Assembly (NCBI GenBank): GCA_040954595.2 | Contig: CM082587.2 | Location: 11,709,162 to 11,773,161 of the forward strand | From: Balanoglossus misakiensis | Taxonomy: Eukaryota; Animalia; Hemichordata | Length of the DNA stretch: 64,000 nt | Reading direction: 5' to 3' | In this document: in pieces, positions 1 to 15,000 of the stretch | Position numbering within the stretch: the stretch's first letter is position 1 | How the letters are laid out: each line of letters opens with the position of its first letter | Program-made: the position numbers and the translations under genes | The notes under the pieces: model-generated | The model's input: the letters and a program-made list of their open reading frames with translations, nothing else | What the model was told of the DNA's origin: nothing | Database searches by the model: none

Positions 1-3000
1 AATGAACTCATCTGCTGTGGGCCAGTTTATTGGTGGCAGTTGAGCTGAGGAGAGCACCTTCCTTCCCGGCACGCCACCAAGTAAAGTTCCACGCCGCCCA
101 CCACAGATGCCAGCATTCATTCATGCGAGTGAGTGTAATTGCAAATTTGCCTATTCTAGATCTGTAATGGAAATGGAGAAAGTACCTTATATTTTCTGTA
201 AAATAGACATTTAATTGGCAAGCCGTCCTGCATCAATTATTAATTGTGTACATGCACTAAAGCGCCCTCACTGCTGGGTGTGTTGTATGGTCTTTAACCC
301 TGTTTCAAATTAGAGTACTTTCTGCAATTTCAAGACAGATCTTACGTGCCATTGGAGAGCTCCATTGACTGGTCATTCATACTGTTTTCATTCATTCATT
401 GCGGCATCAATATATTTTATCTATTCTAGCCAAAGAGCTTGGCACCTGTTGAAATGAACTCATCTGCTGTGGGCCAGTTTATTGGTGGCAGTTGAGCTGA
501 GGAGAGCACCTTCCTTCCCGGCACGCCACCAAGTAAAGTTCCACGCCGCCCACCACAGATGCCAGCATTCATTCATGCGAGTGAGTGTAATTGCAAATTT
601 GCCTATTCTAGAATTACGTGCCATTGGAGAGCTCCATTGACTGGTCATTCATACTGTTTTCATTCATTCATTGCGGCATCAATATATTTTATCTATTCTA
701 GCCAAAGAGCTTGGCACCTGTTGAAATGAACTCATCTGCTGTGGGCCAGTTTATTGGTGGCAGTTGAGCTGAGGAGAGCACCTTCCTTCCCGGCACGCCA
801 CCAAGTAAAGTTCCACGCCGCCCACCACAGATGCCAGCATTCATTCATGCGAGTGAGTGTAATTGCAAATTTGCCTATTCTAGATCTGTAATGGAAATGG
901 AGAAAGTACCTTATATTTTCTGTAAAATAGACATTTAATTGGCAAGCCGTCCTGCATCAATTATGAATTGTGTACATGCACTAAAGCGCCCTCACTGCTG
1001 GGTGTGTTGTATGGTCTTTAACCCTGTTTCAAATTAGAGTACTTTCTGCAATTTCAAGACAGATCTTACGTGCCATTGGAGAGCTCCATTGACTGGTCAT
1101 TCATACTGTTTTCATTCATTCATTGCGGCATCAATATATTTTATCTATTCTAGCCAAAGAGCTTGGCACCTGTTGAAATGAACTCATCTGCTGTGGGCCA
1201 GTTTATTGGTGGCAGTTGAGCTGAGGAGAGCACCTTCCTTCCCGGCACGCCACCAAGTAAAGTTCCACGCCGCCCACCACAGATGCCAGCATTCATTCAT
1301 GCGAGTGAGTGTAATTGCAAATTTGCCTATTCTAGAATCTTACGTGCCATTGGAGAGCTCCATTGACTGGTCATTCATACTGTTTTCATTCATTCATTGC
1401 GGCATCAATATATTTTATCTATTCTAGCCAAAGAGCTTGGCACCTGTTGAAATGAACTCATCTGCTGTGGGCCAGTTTATTGGTGGCAGTTGAGCTGAGG
1501 AGAGCACCTTCCTTCCCGGCACGCCACCAAGTAAAGTTCCACGCCGCCCACCACAGATGCCAGCATTCATTCATGCGAGTGAGTGTAATTGCAAATTTGC
1601 CTATTCTAGATCTGTAATGGAAATGGAGAAAGTACCTTATATTTTCTGTAAAATAGACATTTAATTGGCAAGCCGTCCTGCATCAATTATTAATTGTGTA
1701 CATGCACTAAAGCGCCCTCACTGCTGGGTGTGTTGTATGGTCTTTAACCCTGTTTCAAATTAGAGTACTTTCTGCAATTTCAAGACAGATCTTACGTGCC
1801 ATTGGAGAGCTCCATTGACTGGTCATTCATACTGTTTTCATTCATTCATTGCGGCATCAATATATTTTATCTATTCTAGCCAAAGAGCTTGGCACCTGTT
1901 GAAATGAACTCATCTGCTGTGGGCCAGTTTATTGGTGGCAGTTGAGCTGAGAAGAGCACCTTCCTTCCCGGCACGCCACCAAGTAAAGTTCCACGCCGCC
2001 CACCACAGATGCCAGCATTCATTCATGCGAGTGAGTGTAATTGCAAATTTGCCTATTCTAGATCTGTAATGGAAATGGAGAAAGTACCTTATATTTTCTG
2101 TAAAATAGACATTTAATTGGCAAGCCGTCCTGCATCAATTATGAATTGTGTACATGCACTAAAGCGCCCTCACTGCTGGGTGTGTTGTATGGTCTTTAAC
2201 CCTGTTTCAAATTAGAGTACTTTCTGCAATTTCAAGACAGATCTTACGTGCCATTGGAGAGCTCCATTGACTGGTCATTCATACTGTTTTCATTCATTCA
2301 TTGCGGCATCAATATATTTTATCTATTCTAGCCAAAGAGCTTGGCACCTGTTGAAATGAACTCATCTGCTGTGGGCCAGTTTATTGGTGGCAGTTGAGCT
2401 GAGGAGAGCACCTTCCTTCCCGGCACGCCACCAAGTAAAGTTCCACGCCGCCCACCACAGATGCCAGCATTCATTCATGCGAGTGAGTGTAATTGCAAAT
2501 TTGCCTATTCTAGATCTGTAATGGAAATGGAGAAAGTACCTTATATTTTCTGTAAAATAGACATTTAATTGGCAAGCCGTCCTGCATCAATTATGAATTG
2601 TGTACATGCACTAAAGCGCCCTCACTGCTGGGTGTGTTGTATGGTCTTTAACCCTGTTTCAAATTAGAGTACTTTCTGCAATTTCAAGACAGATCTTACG
2701 TGCCATTGGAGAGCTCCATTGACTGGTCATTCATACTGTTTTCATTCATTCATTGCGGCATCAATATATTTTATCTATTCTAGCCAAAGAGCTTGGCACC
2801 TGTTGAAATGAACTCATCTGCTGTGGGCCAGTTTATTGGTGGCAGTTGAGCTGAGGAGAGCACCTTCCTTCCCGGCACGCCACCAAGTAAAGTTCCACGC
2901 CGCCCACCACAGATGCCAGCATTCATTCATGCGAGTGAGTGTAATTGCAAATTTGCCTATTCTAGATCTGTAATGGAAATGGAGAAAGTACCTTATATTT

Positions 3001-6000
3001 TCTGTAAAATAGACATTTAATTGGCAAGCCGTCCTGCATCAATTATGAATTGTGTACATGCACTAAAGCGCCCTCACTGCTGGGTGTGTTGTATGGTCTT
3101 TAACCCTGTTTCAAATTAGAGTACTTTCTGCAATTTCAAGACAGATCTTACGTGCCATTGGAGAGCTCCATTGACTGGTCATTCATACTGTTTTCATTCA
3201 TTCATTGCGGCATCAATATATTTTATCTATTCTAGCCAAAGAGCTTGGCACCTGTTGAAATGAACTCATCTGCTGTGGGCCAGTTTATTGGTGGCAGTTG
3301 AGCTGAGGAGAGCACCTTCCTTCCCGGCACGCCACCAAGTAAAGTTCCACGCCGCCCACCACAGATGCCAGCATTCATTCATGCGAGTGAGTGTAATTGC
3401 AAATTTGCCTATTCTAGATCTGTAATGGAAATGGAGAAAGTACCTTATATTTTCTGTAAAATAGACATTTAATTGGCAAGCCGTCCTGCATCAATTATGA
3501 ATTGTGTACATGCACTAAAGCGCCCTCACTGCTGGGTGTGTTGTATGGTCTTTAACCCTGTTTCAAATTAGAGTACTTTCTGCAATTTCAAGACAGATCT
3601 TACGTGCCATTGGAGAGCTCCATTGACTGGTCATTCATACTGTTTTCATTCATTCATTGCGGCATCAATATATTTTATCTATTCTAGCCAAAGAGCTTGG
3701 CACCTGTTGAAATGAACTCATCTGCTGTGGGCCAGTTTATTGGTGGCAGTTGAGCTGAGAAGAGCACCTTCCTTCCCGGCACGCCACCAAGTAAAGTTCC
3801 ACGCCGCCCACCACAGATGCCAGCATTCATTCATGCGAGTGAGTGTAATTGCAAATTTGCCTATTCTAGAATCTTACGTGCCATTGGAGAGCTCCATTGA
3901 CTGGTCATTCATACTGTTTTCATTCATTCATTGCGGCATCAATATATTTTATCTATTCTAGCCAAAGAGCTTGGCACCTGTTGAAATGAACTCATCTGCT
4001 GTGGGCCAGTTTATTGGTGGCAGTTGAGCTGAGGAGAGCACCTTCCTTCCCGGGACGCCACCAAGTAAAGTTCCACGCCGCCCACCACAGATGCCAGCAT
4101 TCATTCATGCGAGTGAGTGTAATTGCAAATTTGCCTATTCTAGATTCTTACGTGCCATTGGAGAGCTCCATTGACTGGTCATTCATACTGTTTTCATTCA
4201 TTCATTGCGGCATCAATATATTTTATCTATTCTAGCCAAAGAGCTTGGCACCTGTTGAAATGAACTCATCTGCTGTGGGCCAGTTTATTGGTGGCAGTTG
4301 AGCTGAGGAGAGCACCTTCCTTCCCGGCACGCCACCAAGTAAAGTTCCACGCCGCCCACCACAGATGCCAGCATTCATTCATGCGAGTGAGTGTAATTGC
4401 AAATTTGCCTATTCTAGATCTGTAATGGAAATGGAGAAAGTACCTTATATTTTCTGTAAAATAGACATTTAATTGGCAAGCCGTCCTGCATCAATTATTA
4501 ATTGTGTACATGCACTAAAGCGCCCTCACTGCTGGGTGTGTTGTATGGTCTTTAACCCTGTTTCAAATTAGAGTACTTTCTGCAATTTCAAGACAGATCT
4601 TACGTGCCATTGGAGAGCTCCATTGACTGGTCATTCATACTGTTTTCATTCATTCATTGCGGCATCAATATATTTTATCTATTCTAGCCAAAGAGCTTGG
4701 CACCTGTTGAAATGAACTCATCTGCTGTGGGCCAGTTTATTGGTGGCAGTTGAGCTGAGGAGAGCACCTTCCTTCCCGGCACGCCACCAAGTAAAGTTCC
4801 ACGCCGCCCACCACAGATGCCAGCATTCATTCATGCGAGTGAGTGTAATTGCAAATTTGCCTATTCTAGATCTGTAATGGAAATGGAGAAAGTACCTTAT
4901 ATTTTCTGTAAAATAGACATTTAATTGGCAAGCCGTCCTGCATCAATTATTAATTGTGTACATGCACTAAAGCGCCCTCACTGCTGGGTGTGTTGTATGG
5001 TCTTTAACCCTGTTTCAAATTAGAGTACTTTCTGCAATTTCAAGACAGATCTTACGTGCCATTGGAGAGCTCCATTGACTGGTCATTCATACTGTTTTCA
5101 TTCATTCATTGCGGCATCAATATATTTTATCTATTCTAGCCAAAGAGCTTGGCACCTGTTGAAATGAACTCATCTGCTGTGGGCCAGTTTATTGGTGGCA
5201 GTTGAGCTGAGGAGAGCACCTTCCTTCCCGGCACGCCACCAAGTAAAGTTCCACGCCGCCCACCACAGATGCCAGCATTCATTCATGCGAGTGAGTGTAA
5301 TTGCAAATTTGCCTATTCTAGAATTACGTGCCATTGGAGAGCTCCATTGACTGGTCATTCATACTGTTTTCATTCATTCATTGCGGCATCAATATATTTT
5401 ATCTATTCTAGCCAAAGAGCTTGGCACCTGTTGAAATGAACTCATCTGCTGTGGGCCAGTTTATTGGTGGCAGTTGAGCTGAGGAGAGCACCTTCCTTCC
5501 CGGCACGCCACCAAGTAAAGTTCCACGCCGCCCACCACAGATGCCAGCATTCATTCATGCGAGTGAGTGTAATTGCAAATTTGCCTATTCTAGATCTGTA
5601 ATGGAAATGGAGAAAGTACCTTATATTTTCTGTAAAATAGACATTTAATTGGCAAGCCGTCCTGCATCAATTATGAATTGTGTACATGCACTAAAGCGCC
5701 CTCACTGCTGGGTGTGTTGTATGGTCTTTAACCCTGTTTCAAATTAGAGTACTTTCTGCAATTTCAAGACAGATCTTACGTGCCATTGGAGAGCTCCATT
5801 GACTGGTCATTCATACTGTTTTCATTCATTCATTGCGGCATCAATATATTTTATCTATTCTAGCCAAAGAGCTTGGCACCTGTTGAAATGAACTCATCTG
5901 CTGTGGGCCAGTTTATTGGTGGCAGTTGAGCTGAGGAGAGCACCTTCCTTCCCGGCACGCCACCAAGTAAAGTTCCACGCCGCCCACCACAGATGCCAGC

Positions 6001-9000
6001 ATTCATTCATGCGAGTGAGTGTAATTGCAAATTTGCCTATTCTAGAATCTTACGTGCCATTGGAGAGCTCCATTGACTGGTCATTCATACTGTTTTCATT
6101 CATTCATTGCGGCATCAATATATTTTATCTATTCTAGCCAAAGAGCTTGGCACCTGTTGAAATGAACTCATCTGCTGTGGGCCAGTTTATTGGTGGCAGT
6201 TGAGCTGAGGAGAGCACCTTCCTTCCCGGCACGCCACCAAGTAAAGTTCCACGCCGCCCACCACAGATGCCAGCATTCATTCATGCGAGTGAGTGTAATT
6301 GCAAATTTGCCTATTCTAGATCTGTAATGGAAATGGAGAAAGTACCTTATATTTTCTGTAAAATAGACATTTAATTGGCAAGCCGTCCTGCATCAATTAT
6401 TAATTGTGTACATGCACTAAAGCGCCCTCACTGCTGGGTGTGTTGTATGGTCTTTAACCCTGTTTCAAATTAGAGTACTTTCTGCAATTTCAAGACAGAT
6501 CTTACGTGCCATTGGAGAGCTCCATTGACTGGTCATTCATACTGTTTTCATTCATTCATTGCGGCATCAATATATTTTATCTATTCTAGCCAAAGAGCTT
6601 GGCACCTGTTGAAATGAACTCATCTGCTGTGGGCCAGTTTATTGGTGGCAGTTGAGCTGAGAAGAGCACCTTCCTTCCCGGCACGCCACCAAGTAAAGTT
6701 CCACGCCGCCCACCACAGATGCCAGCATTCATTCATGCGAGTGAGTGTAATTGCAAATTTGCCTATTCTAGATCTGTAATGGAAATGGAGAAAGTACCTT
6801 ATATTTTCTGTAAAATAGACATTTAATTGGCAAGCCGTCCTGCATCAATTATGAATTGTGTACATGCACTAAAGCGCCCTCACTGCTGGGTGTGTTGTAT
6901 GGTCTTTAACCCTGTTTCAAATTAGAGTACTTTCTGCAATTTCAAGACAGATCTTACGTGCCATTGGAGAGCTCCATTGACTGGTCATTCATACTGTTTT
7001 CATTCATTCATTGCGGCATCAATATATTTTATCTATTCTAGCCAAAGAGCTTGGCACCTGTTGAAATGAACTCATCTGCTGTGGGCCAGTTTATTGGTGG
7101 CAGTTGAGCTGAGGAGAGCACCTTCCTTCCCGGCACGCCACCAAGTAAAGTTCCACGCCGCCCACCACAGATGCCAGCATTCATTCATGCGAGTGAGTGT
7201 AATTGCAAATTTGCCTATTCTAGATCTGTAATGGAAATGGAGAAAGTACCTTATATTTTCTGTAAAATAGACATTTAATTGGCAAGCCGTCCTGCATCAA
7301 TTATGAATTGTGTACATGCACTAAAGCGCCCTCACTGCTGGGTGTGTTGTATGGTCTTTAACCCTGTTTCAAATTAGAGTACTTTCTGCAATTTCAAGAC
7401 AGATCTTACGTGCCATTGGAGAGCTCCATTGACTGGTCATTCATACTGTTTTCATTCATTCATTGCGGCATCAATATATTTTATCTATTCTAGCCAAAGA
7501 GCTTGGCACCTGTTGAAATGAACTCATCTGCTGTGGGCCAGTTTATTGGTGGCAGTTGAGCTGAGGAGAGCACCTTCCTTCCCGGCACGCCACCAAGTAA
7601 AGTTCCACGCCGCCCACCACAGATGCCAGCATTCATTCATGCGAGTGAGTGTAATTGCAAATTTGCCTATTCTAGATCTGTAATGGAAATGGAGAAAGTA
7701 CCTTATATTTTCTGTAAAATAGACATTTAATTGGCAAGCCGTCCTGCATCAATTATGAATTGTGTACATGCACTAAAGCGCCCTCACTGCTGGGTGTGTT
7801 GTATGGTCTTTAACCCTGTTTCAAATTAGAGTACTTTCTGCAATTTCAAGACAGATCTTACGTGCCATTGGAGAGCTCCATTGACTGGTCATTCATACTG
7901 TTTTCATTCATTCATTGCGGCATCAATATATTTTATCTATTCTAGCCAAAGAGCTTGGCACCTGTTGAAATGAACTCATCTGCTGTGGGCCAGTTTATTG
8001 GTGGCAGTTGAGCTGAGGAGAGCACCTTCCTTCCCGGCACGCCACCAAGTAAAGTTCCACGCCGCCCACCACAGATGCCAGCATTCATTCATGCGAGTGA
8101 GTGTAATTGCAAATTTGCCTATTCTAGATCTGTAATGGAAATGGAGAAAGTACCTTATATTTTCTGTAAAATAGACATTTAATTGGCAAGCCGTCCTGCA
8201 TCAATTATGAATTGTGTACATGCACTAAAGCGCCCTCACTGCTGGGTGTGTTGTATGGTCTTTAACCCTGTTTCAAATTAGAGTACTTTCTGCAATTTCA
8301 AGACAGATCTTACGTGCCATTGGAGAGCTCCATTGACTGGTCATTCATACTGTTTTCATTCATTCATTGCGGCATCAATATATTTTATCTATTCTAGCCA
8401 AAGAGCTTGGCACCTGTTGAAATGAACTCATCTGCTGTGGGCCAGTTTATTGGTGGCAGTTGAGCTGAGAAGAGCACCTTCCTTCCCGGCACGCCACCAA
8501 GTAAAGTTCCACGCCGCCCACCACAGATGCCAGCATTCATTCATGCGAGTGAGTGTAATTGCAAATTTGCCTATTCTAGAATCTTACGTGCCATTGGAGA
8601 GCTCCATTGACTGGTCATTCATACTGTTTTCATTCATTCATTGCGGCATCAATATATTTTATCTATTCTAGCCAAAGAGCTTGGCACCTGTTGAAATGAA
8701 CTCATCTGCTGTGGGCCAGTTTATTGGTGGCAGTTGAGCTGAGGAGAGCACCTTCCTTCCCGGGACGCCACCAAGTAAAGTTCCACGCCGCCCACCACAG
8801 ATGCCAGCATTCATTCATGCGAGTGAGTGTAATTGCAAATTTGCCTATTCTAGATTCTTACGTGCCATTGGAGAGCTCCATTGACTGGTCATTCATACTG
8901 TTTTCATTCATTCATTGCGGCATCAATATATTTTATCTATTCTAGCCAAAGAGCTTGGCACCTGTTGAAATGAACTCATCTGCTGTGGGCCAGTTTATTG

Positions 9001-12000
9001 GTGGCAGTTGAGCTGAGGAGAGCACCTTCCTTCCCGGCACGCCACCAAGTAAAGTTCCACGCCGCCCACCACAGATGCCAGCATTCATTCATGCGAGTGA
9101 GTGTAATTGCAAATTTGCCTATTCTAGATCTGTAATGGAAATGGAGAAAGTACCTTATATTTTCTGTAAAATAGACATTTAATTGGCAAGCCGTCCTGCA
9201 TCAATTATTAATTGTGTACATGCACTAAAGCGCCCTCACTGCTGGGTGTGTTGTATGGTCTTTAACCCTGTTTCAAATTAGAGTACTTTCTGCAATTTCA
9301 AGACAGATCTTACGTGCCATTGGAGAGCTCCATTGACTGGTCATTCATACTGTTTTCATTCATTCATTGCGGCATCAATATATTTTATCTATTCTAGCCA
9401 AAGAGCTTGGCACCTGTTGAAATGAACTCATCTGCTGTGGGCCAGTTTATTGGTGGCAGTTGAGCTGAGGAGAGCACCTTCCTTCCCGGCACGCCACCAA
9501 GTAAAGTTCCACGCCGCCCACCACAGATGCCAGCATTCATTCATGCGAGTGAGTGTAATTGCAAATTTGCCTATTCTAGAATTACGTGCCATTGGAGAGC
9601 TCCATTGACTGGTCATTCATACTGTTTTCATTCATTCATTGCGGCATCAATATATTTTATCTATTCTAGCCAAAGAGCTTGGCACCTGTTGAAATGAACT
9701 CATCTGCTGTGGGCCAGTTTATTGGTGGCAGTTGAGCTGAGGAGAGCACCTTCCTTCCCGGCACGCCACCAAGTAAAGTTCCACGCCGCCCACCACAGAT
9801 GCCAGCATTCATTCATGCGAGTGAGTGTAATTGCAAATTTGCCTATTCTAGATCTGTAATGGAAATGGAGAAAGTACCTTATATTTTCTGTAAAATAGAC
9901 ATTTAATTGGCAAGCCGTCCTGCATCAATTATGAATTGTGTACATGCACTAAAGCGCCCTCACTGCTGGGTGTGTTGTATGGTCTTTAACCCTGTTTCAA
10001 ATTAGAGTACTTTCTGCAATTTCAAGACAGATCTTACGTGCCATTGGAGAGCTCCATTGACTGGTCATTCATACTGTTTTCATTCATTCATTGCGGCATC
10101 AATATATTTTATCTATTCTAGCCAAAGAGCTTGGCACCTGTTGAAATGAACTCATCTGCTGTGGGCCAGTTTATTGGTGGCAGTTGAGCTGAGGAGAGCA
10201 CCTTCCTTCCCGGCACGCCACCAAGTAAAGTTCCACGCCGCCCACCACAGATGCCAGCATTCATTCATGCGAGTGAGTGTAATTGCAAATTTGCCTATTC
10301 TAGATCTGTAATGGAAATGGAGAAAGTACCTTATATTTTCTGTAAAATAGACATTTAATTGGCAAGCCGTCCTGCATCAATTATGAATTGTGTACATGCA
10401 CTAAAGCGCCCTCACTGCTGGGTGTGTTGTATGGTCTTTAACCCTGTTTCAAATTAGAGTACTTTCTGCAATTTCAAGACAGATCTTACGTGCCATTGGA
10501 GAGCTCCATTGACTGGTCATTCATACTGTTTTCATTCATTCATTTCGGCATCAATATATTTTATCTATTCTAGCCAAAGAGCTTGGCACCTGTTGAAATG
10601 AACTCATCTGCTGTGGGCCAGTTTATTGGTGGCAGTTGAGCTGAGAAGAGCACCTTCCTTCCCGGCACGCCACCAAGTAAAGTTCCACGCCGCCCACCAC
10701 AGATGCCAGCATTCATTCATGCGAGTGAGTGTAATTGCAAATTTGCCTATTCTAGAATCTTACGTGCCATTGGAGAGCTCCATTGACTGGTCATTCATAC
10801 TGTTTTCATTCATTCATTGCGGCATCAATATATTTTATCTATTCTAGCCAAAGAGCTTGGCACCTGTTGAAATGAACTCATCTGCTGTGGGCCAGTTTAT
10901 TGGTGGCAGTTGAGCTGAGGAGAGCACCTTCCTTCCCGGGACGCCACCAAGTAAAGTTCCACGCCGCCCACCACAGATGCCAGCATTCATTCATGCGAGT
11001 GAGTGTAATTGCAAATTTGCCTATTCTAGATTCTTACGTGCCATTGGAGAGCTCCATTGACTGGTCATTCATACTGTTTTCATTCATTCATTGCGGCATC
11101 AATATATTTTATCTATTCTAGCCAAAGAGCTTGGCACCTGTTGAAATGAACTCATCTGCTGTGGGCCAGTTTATTGGTGGCAGTTGAGCTGAGGAGAGCA
11201 CCTTCCTTCCCGGCACGCCACCAAGTAAAGTTCCACGCCGCCCACCACAGATGCCAGCATTCATTCATGCGAGTGAGTGTAATTGCAAATTTGCCTATTC
11301 TAGATCTGTAATGGAAATGGAGAAAGTACCTTATATTTTCTGTAAAATAGACATTTAATTGGCAAGCCGTCCTGCATCAATTATTAATTGTGTACATGCA
11401 CTAAAGCGCCCTCACTGCTGGGTGTGTTGTATGGTCTTTAACCCTGTTTCAAATTAGAGTACTTTCTGCAATTTCAAGACAGATCTTACGTGCCATTGGA
11501 GAGCTCCATTGACTGGTCATTCATACTGTTTTCATTCATTCATTGCGGCATCAATATATTTTATCTATTCTAGCCAAAGAGCTTGGCACCTGTTGAAATG
11601 AACTCATCTGCTGTGGGCCAGTTTATTGGTGGCAGTTGAGCTGAGGAGAGCACCTTCCTTCCCGGCACGCCACCAAGTAAAGTTCCACGCCGCCCACCAC
11701 AGATGCCAGCATTCATTCATGCGAGTGAGTGTAATTGCAAATTTGCCTATTCTAGAATTACGTGCCATTGGAGAGCTCCATTGACTGGTCATTCATACTG
11801 TTTTCATTCATTCATTGCGGCATCAATATATTTTATCTATTCTAGCCAAAGAGCTTGGCACCTGTTGAAATGAACTCATCTGCTGTGGGCCAGTTTATTG
11901 GTGGCAGTTGAGCTGAGGAGAGCACCTTCCTTCCCGGCACGCCACCAAGTAAAGTTCCACGCCGCCCACCACAGATGCCAGCATTCATTCATGCGAGTGA

Positions 12001-15000
12001 GTGTAATTGCAAATTTGCCTATTCTAGATCTGTAATGGAAATGGAGAAAGTACCTTATATTTTCTGTAAAATAGACATTTAATTGGCAAGCCGTCCTGCA
12101 TCAATTATGAATTGTGTACATGCACTAAAGCGCCCTCACTGCTGGGTGTGTTGTATGGTCTTTAACCCTGTTTCAAATTAGAGTACTTTCTGCAATTTCA
12201 AGACAGATCTTACGTGCCATTGGAGAGCTCCATTGACTGGTCATTCATACTGTTTTCATTCATTCATTGCGGCATCAATATATTTTATCTATTCTAGCCA
12301 AAGAGCTTGGCACCTGTTGAAATGAACTCATCTGCTGTGGGCCAGTTTATTGGTGGCAGTTGAGCTGAGGAGAGCACCTTCCTTCCCGGCACGCCACCAA
12401 GTAAAGTTCCACGCCGCCCACCACAGATGCCAGCATTCATTCATGCGAGTGAGTGTAATTGCAAATTTGCCTATTCTAGATCTGTAATGGAAATGGAGAA
12501 AGTACCTTATATTTTCTGTAAAATAGACATTTAATTGGCAAGCCGTCCTGCATCAATTATTAATTGTGTACATGCACTAAAGCGCCCTCACTGCTGGGTG
12601 TGTTGTATGGTCTTTAACCCTGTTTCAAATTAGAGTACTTTCTGCAATTTCAAGACAGATCTTACGTGCCATTGGAGAGCTCCATTGACTGGTCATTCAT
12701 ACTGTTTTCATTCATTCATTGCGGCATCAATATATTTTATCTATTCTAGCCAAAGAGCTTGGCACCTGTTGAAATGAACTCATCTGCTGTGGGCCAGTTT
12801 ATTGGTGGCAGTTGAGCTGAGAAGAGCACCTTCCTTCCCGGCACGCCACCAAGTAAAGTTCCACGCCGCCCACCACAGATGCCAGCATTCATTCATGCGA
12901 GTGAGTGTAATTGCAAATTTGCCTATTCTAGATCTGTAATGGAAATGGAGAAAGTACCTTATATTTTCTGTAAAATAGACATTTAATTGGCAAGCCGTCC
13001 TGCATCAATTATGAATTGTGTACATGCACTAAAGCGCCCTCACTGCTGGGTGTGTTGTATGGTCTTTAACCCTGTTTCAAATTAGAGTACTTTCTGCAAT
13101 TTCAAGACAGATCTTACGTGCCATTGGAGAGCTCCATTGACTGGTCATTCATACTGTTTTCATTCATTCATTGCGGCATCAATATATTTTATCTATTCTA
13201 GCCAAAGAGCTTGGCACCTGTTGAAATGAACTCATCTGCTGTGGGCCAGTTTATTGGTGGCAGTTGAGCTGAGGAGAGCACCTTCCTTCCCGGCACGCCA
13301 CCAAGTAAAGTTCCACGCCGCCCACCACAGATGCCAGCATTCATTCATGCGAGTGAGTGTAATTGCAAATTTGCCTATTCTAGATCTGTAATGGAAATGG
13401 AGAAAGTACCTTATATTTTCTGTAAAATAGACATTTAATTGGCAAGCCGTCCTGCATCAATTATGAATTGTGTACATGCACTAAAGCGCCCTCACTGCTG
13501 GGTGTGTTGTATGGTCTTTAACCCTGTTTCAAATTAGAGTACTTTCTGCAATTTCAAGACAGATCTTACGTGCCATTGGAGAGCTCCATTGACTGGTCAT
13601 TCATACTGTTTTCATTCATTCATTGCGGCATCAATATATTTTATCTATTCTAGCCAAAGAGCTTGGCACCTGTTGAAATGAACTCATCTGCTGTGGGCCA
13701 GTTTATTGGTGGCAGTTGAGCTGAGGAGAGCACCTTCCTTCCCGGCACGCCACCAAGTAAAGTTCCACGCCGCCCACCACAGATGCCAGCATTCATTCAT
13801 GCGAGTGAGTGTAATTGCAAATTTGCCTATTCTAGATCTGTAATGGAAATGGAGAAAGTACCTTATATTTTCTGTAAAATAGACATTTAATTGGCAAGCC
13901 GTCCTGCATCAATTATGAATTGTGTACATGCACTAAAGCGCCCTCACTGCTGGGTGTGTTGTATGGTCTTTAACCCTGTTTCAAATTAGAGTACTTTCTG
14001 CAATTTCAAGACAGATCTTACGTGCCATTGGAGAGCTCCATTGACTGGTCATTCATACTGTTTTCATTCATTCATTGCGGCATCAATATATTTTATCTAT
14101 TCTAGCCAAAGAGCTTGGCACCTGTTGAAATGAACTCATCTGCTCTGGGCCAGTTTATTGGTGGCAGTTGAGCTGAGGAGAGCACCTTCCTTCCCGGCAC
14201 GCCACCAAGTAAAGTTCCACGCCGCCCACCACAGATGCCAGCATTCATTCATGCGAGTGAGTGTAATTGCAAATTTGCCTATTCTAGATCTGTAATGGAA
14301 ATGGAGAAAGTACCTTATATTTTCTGTAAAATAGACATTTAATTGGCAAGCCGTCCTGCATCAATTATGAATTGTGTACATGCACTAAAGCGCCCTCACT
14401 GCTGGGTGTGTTGTATGGTCTTTAACCCTGTTTCAAATTAGAGTACTTTCTGCAATTTCAAGACAGATCTTACGTGCCATTGGAGAGCTCCATTGACTGG
14501 TCATTCATACTGTTTTCATTCATTCATTGCGGCATCAATATATTTTATCTATTCTAGCCAAAGAGCTTGGCACCTGTTGAAATGAACTCATCTGCTGTGG
14601 GCCAGTTTATTGGTGGCAGTTGAGCTGAGAAGAGCACCTTCCTTCCCGGCACGCCACCAAGTAAAGTTCCACGCCGCCCACCACAGATGCCAGCATTCAT
14701 TCATGCGAGTGAGTGTAATTGCAAATTTGCCTATTCTAGAATCTTACGTGCCATTGGAGAGCTCCATTGACTGGTCATTCATACTGTTTTCATTCATTCA
14801 TTGCGGCATCAATATATTTTATCTATTCTAGCCAAAGAGCTTGGCACCTGTTGAAATGAACTCATCTGCTGTGGGCCAGTTTATTGGTGGCAGTTGAGCT
14901 GAGGAGAGCACCTTCCTTCCCGGGACGCCACCAAGTAAAGTTCCACGCCGCCCACCACAGATGCCAGCATTCATTCATGCGAGTGAGTGTAATTGCAAAT

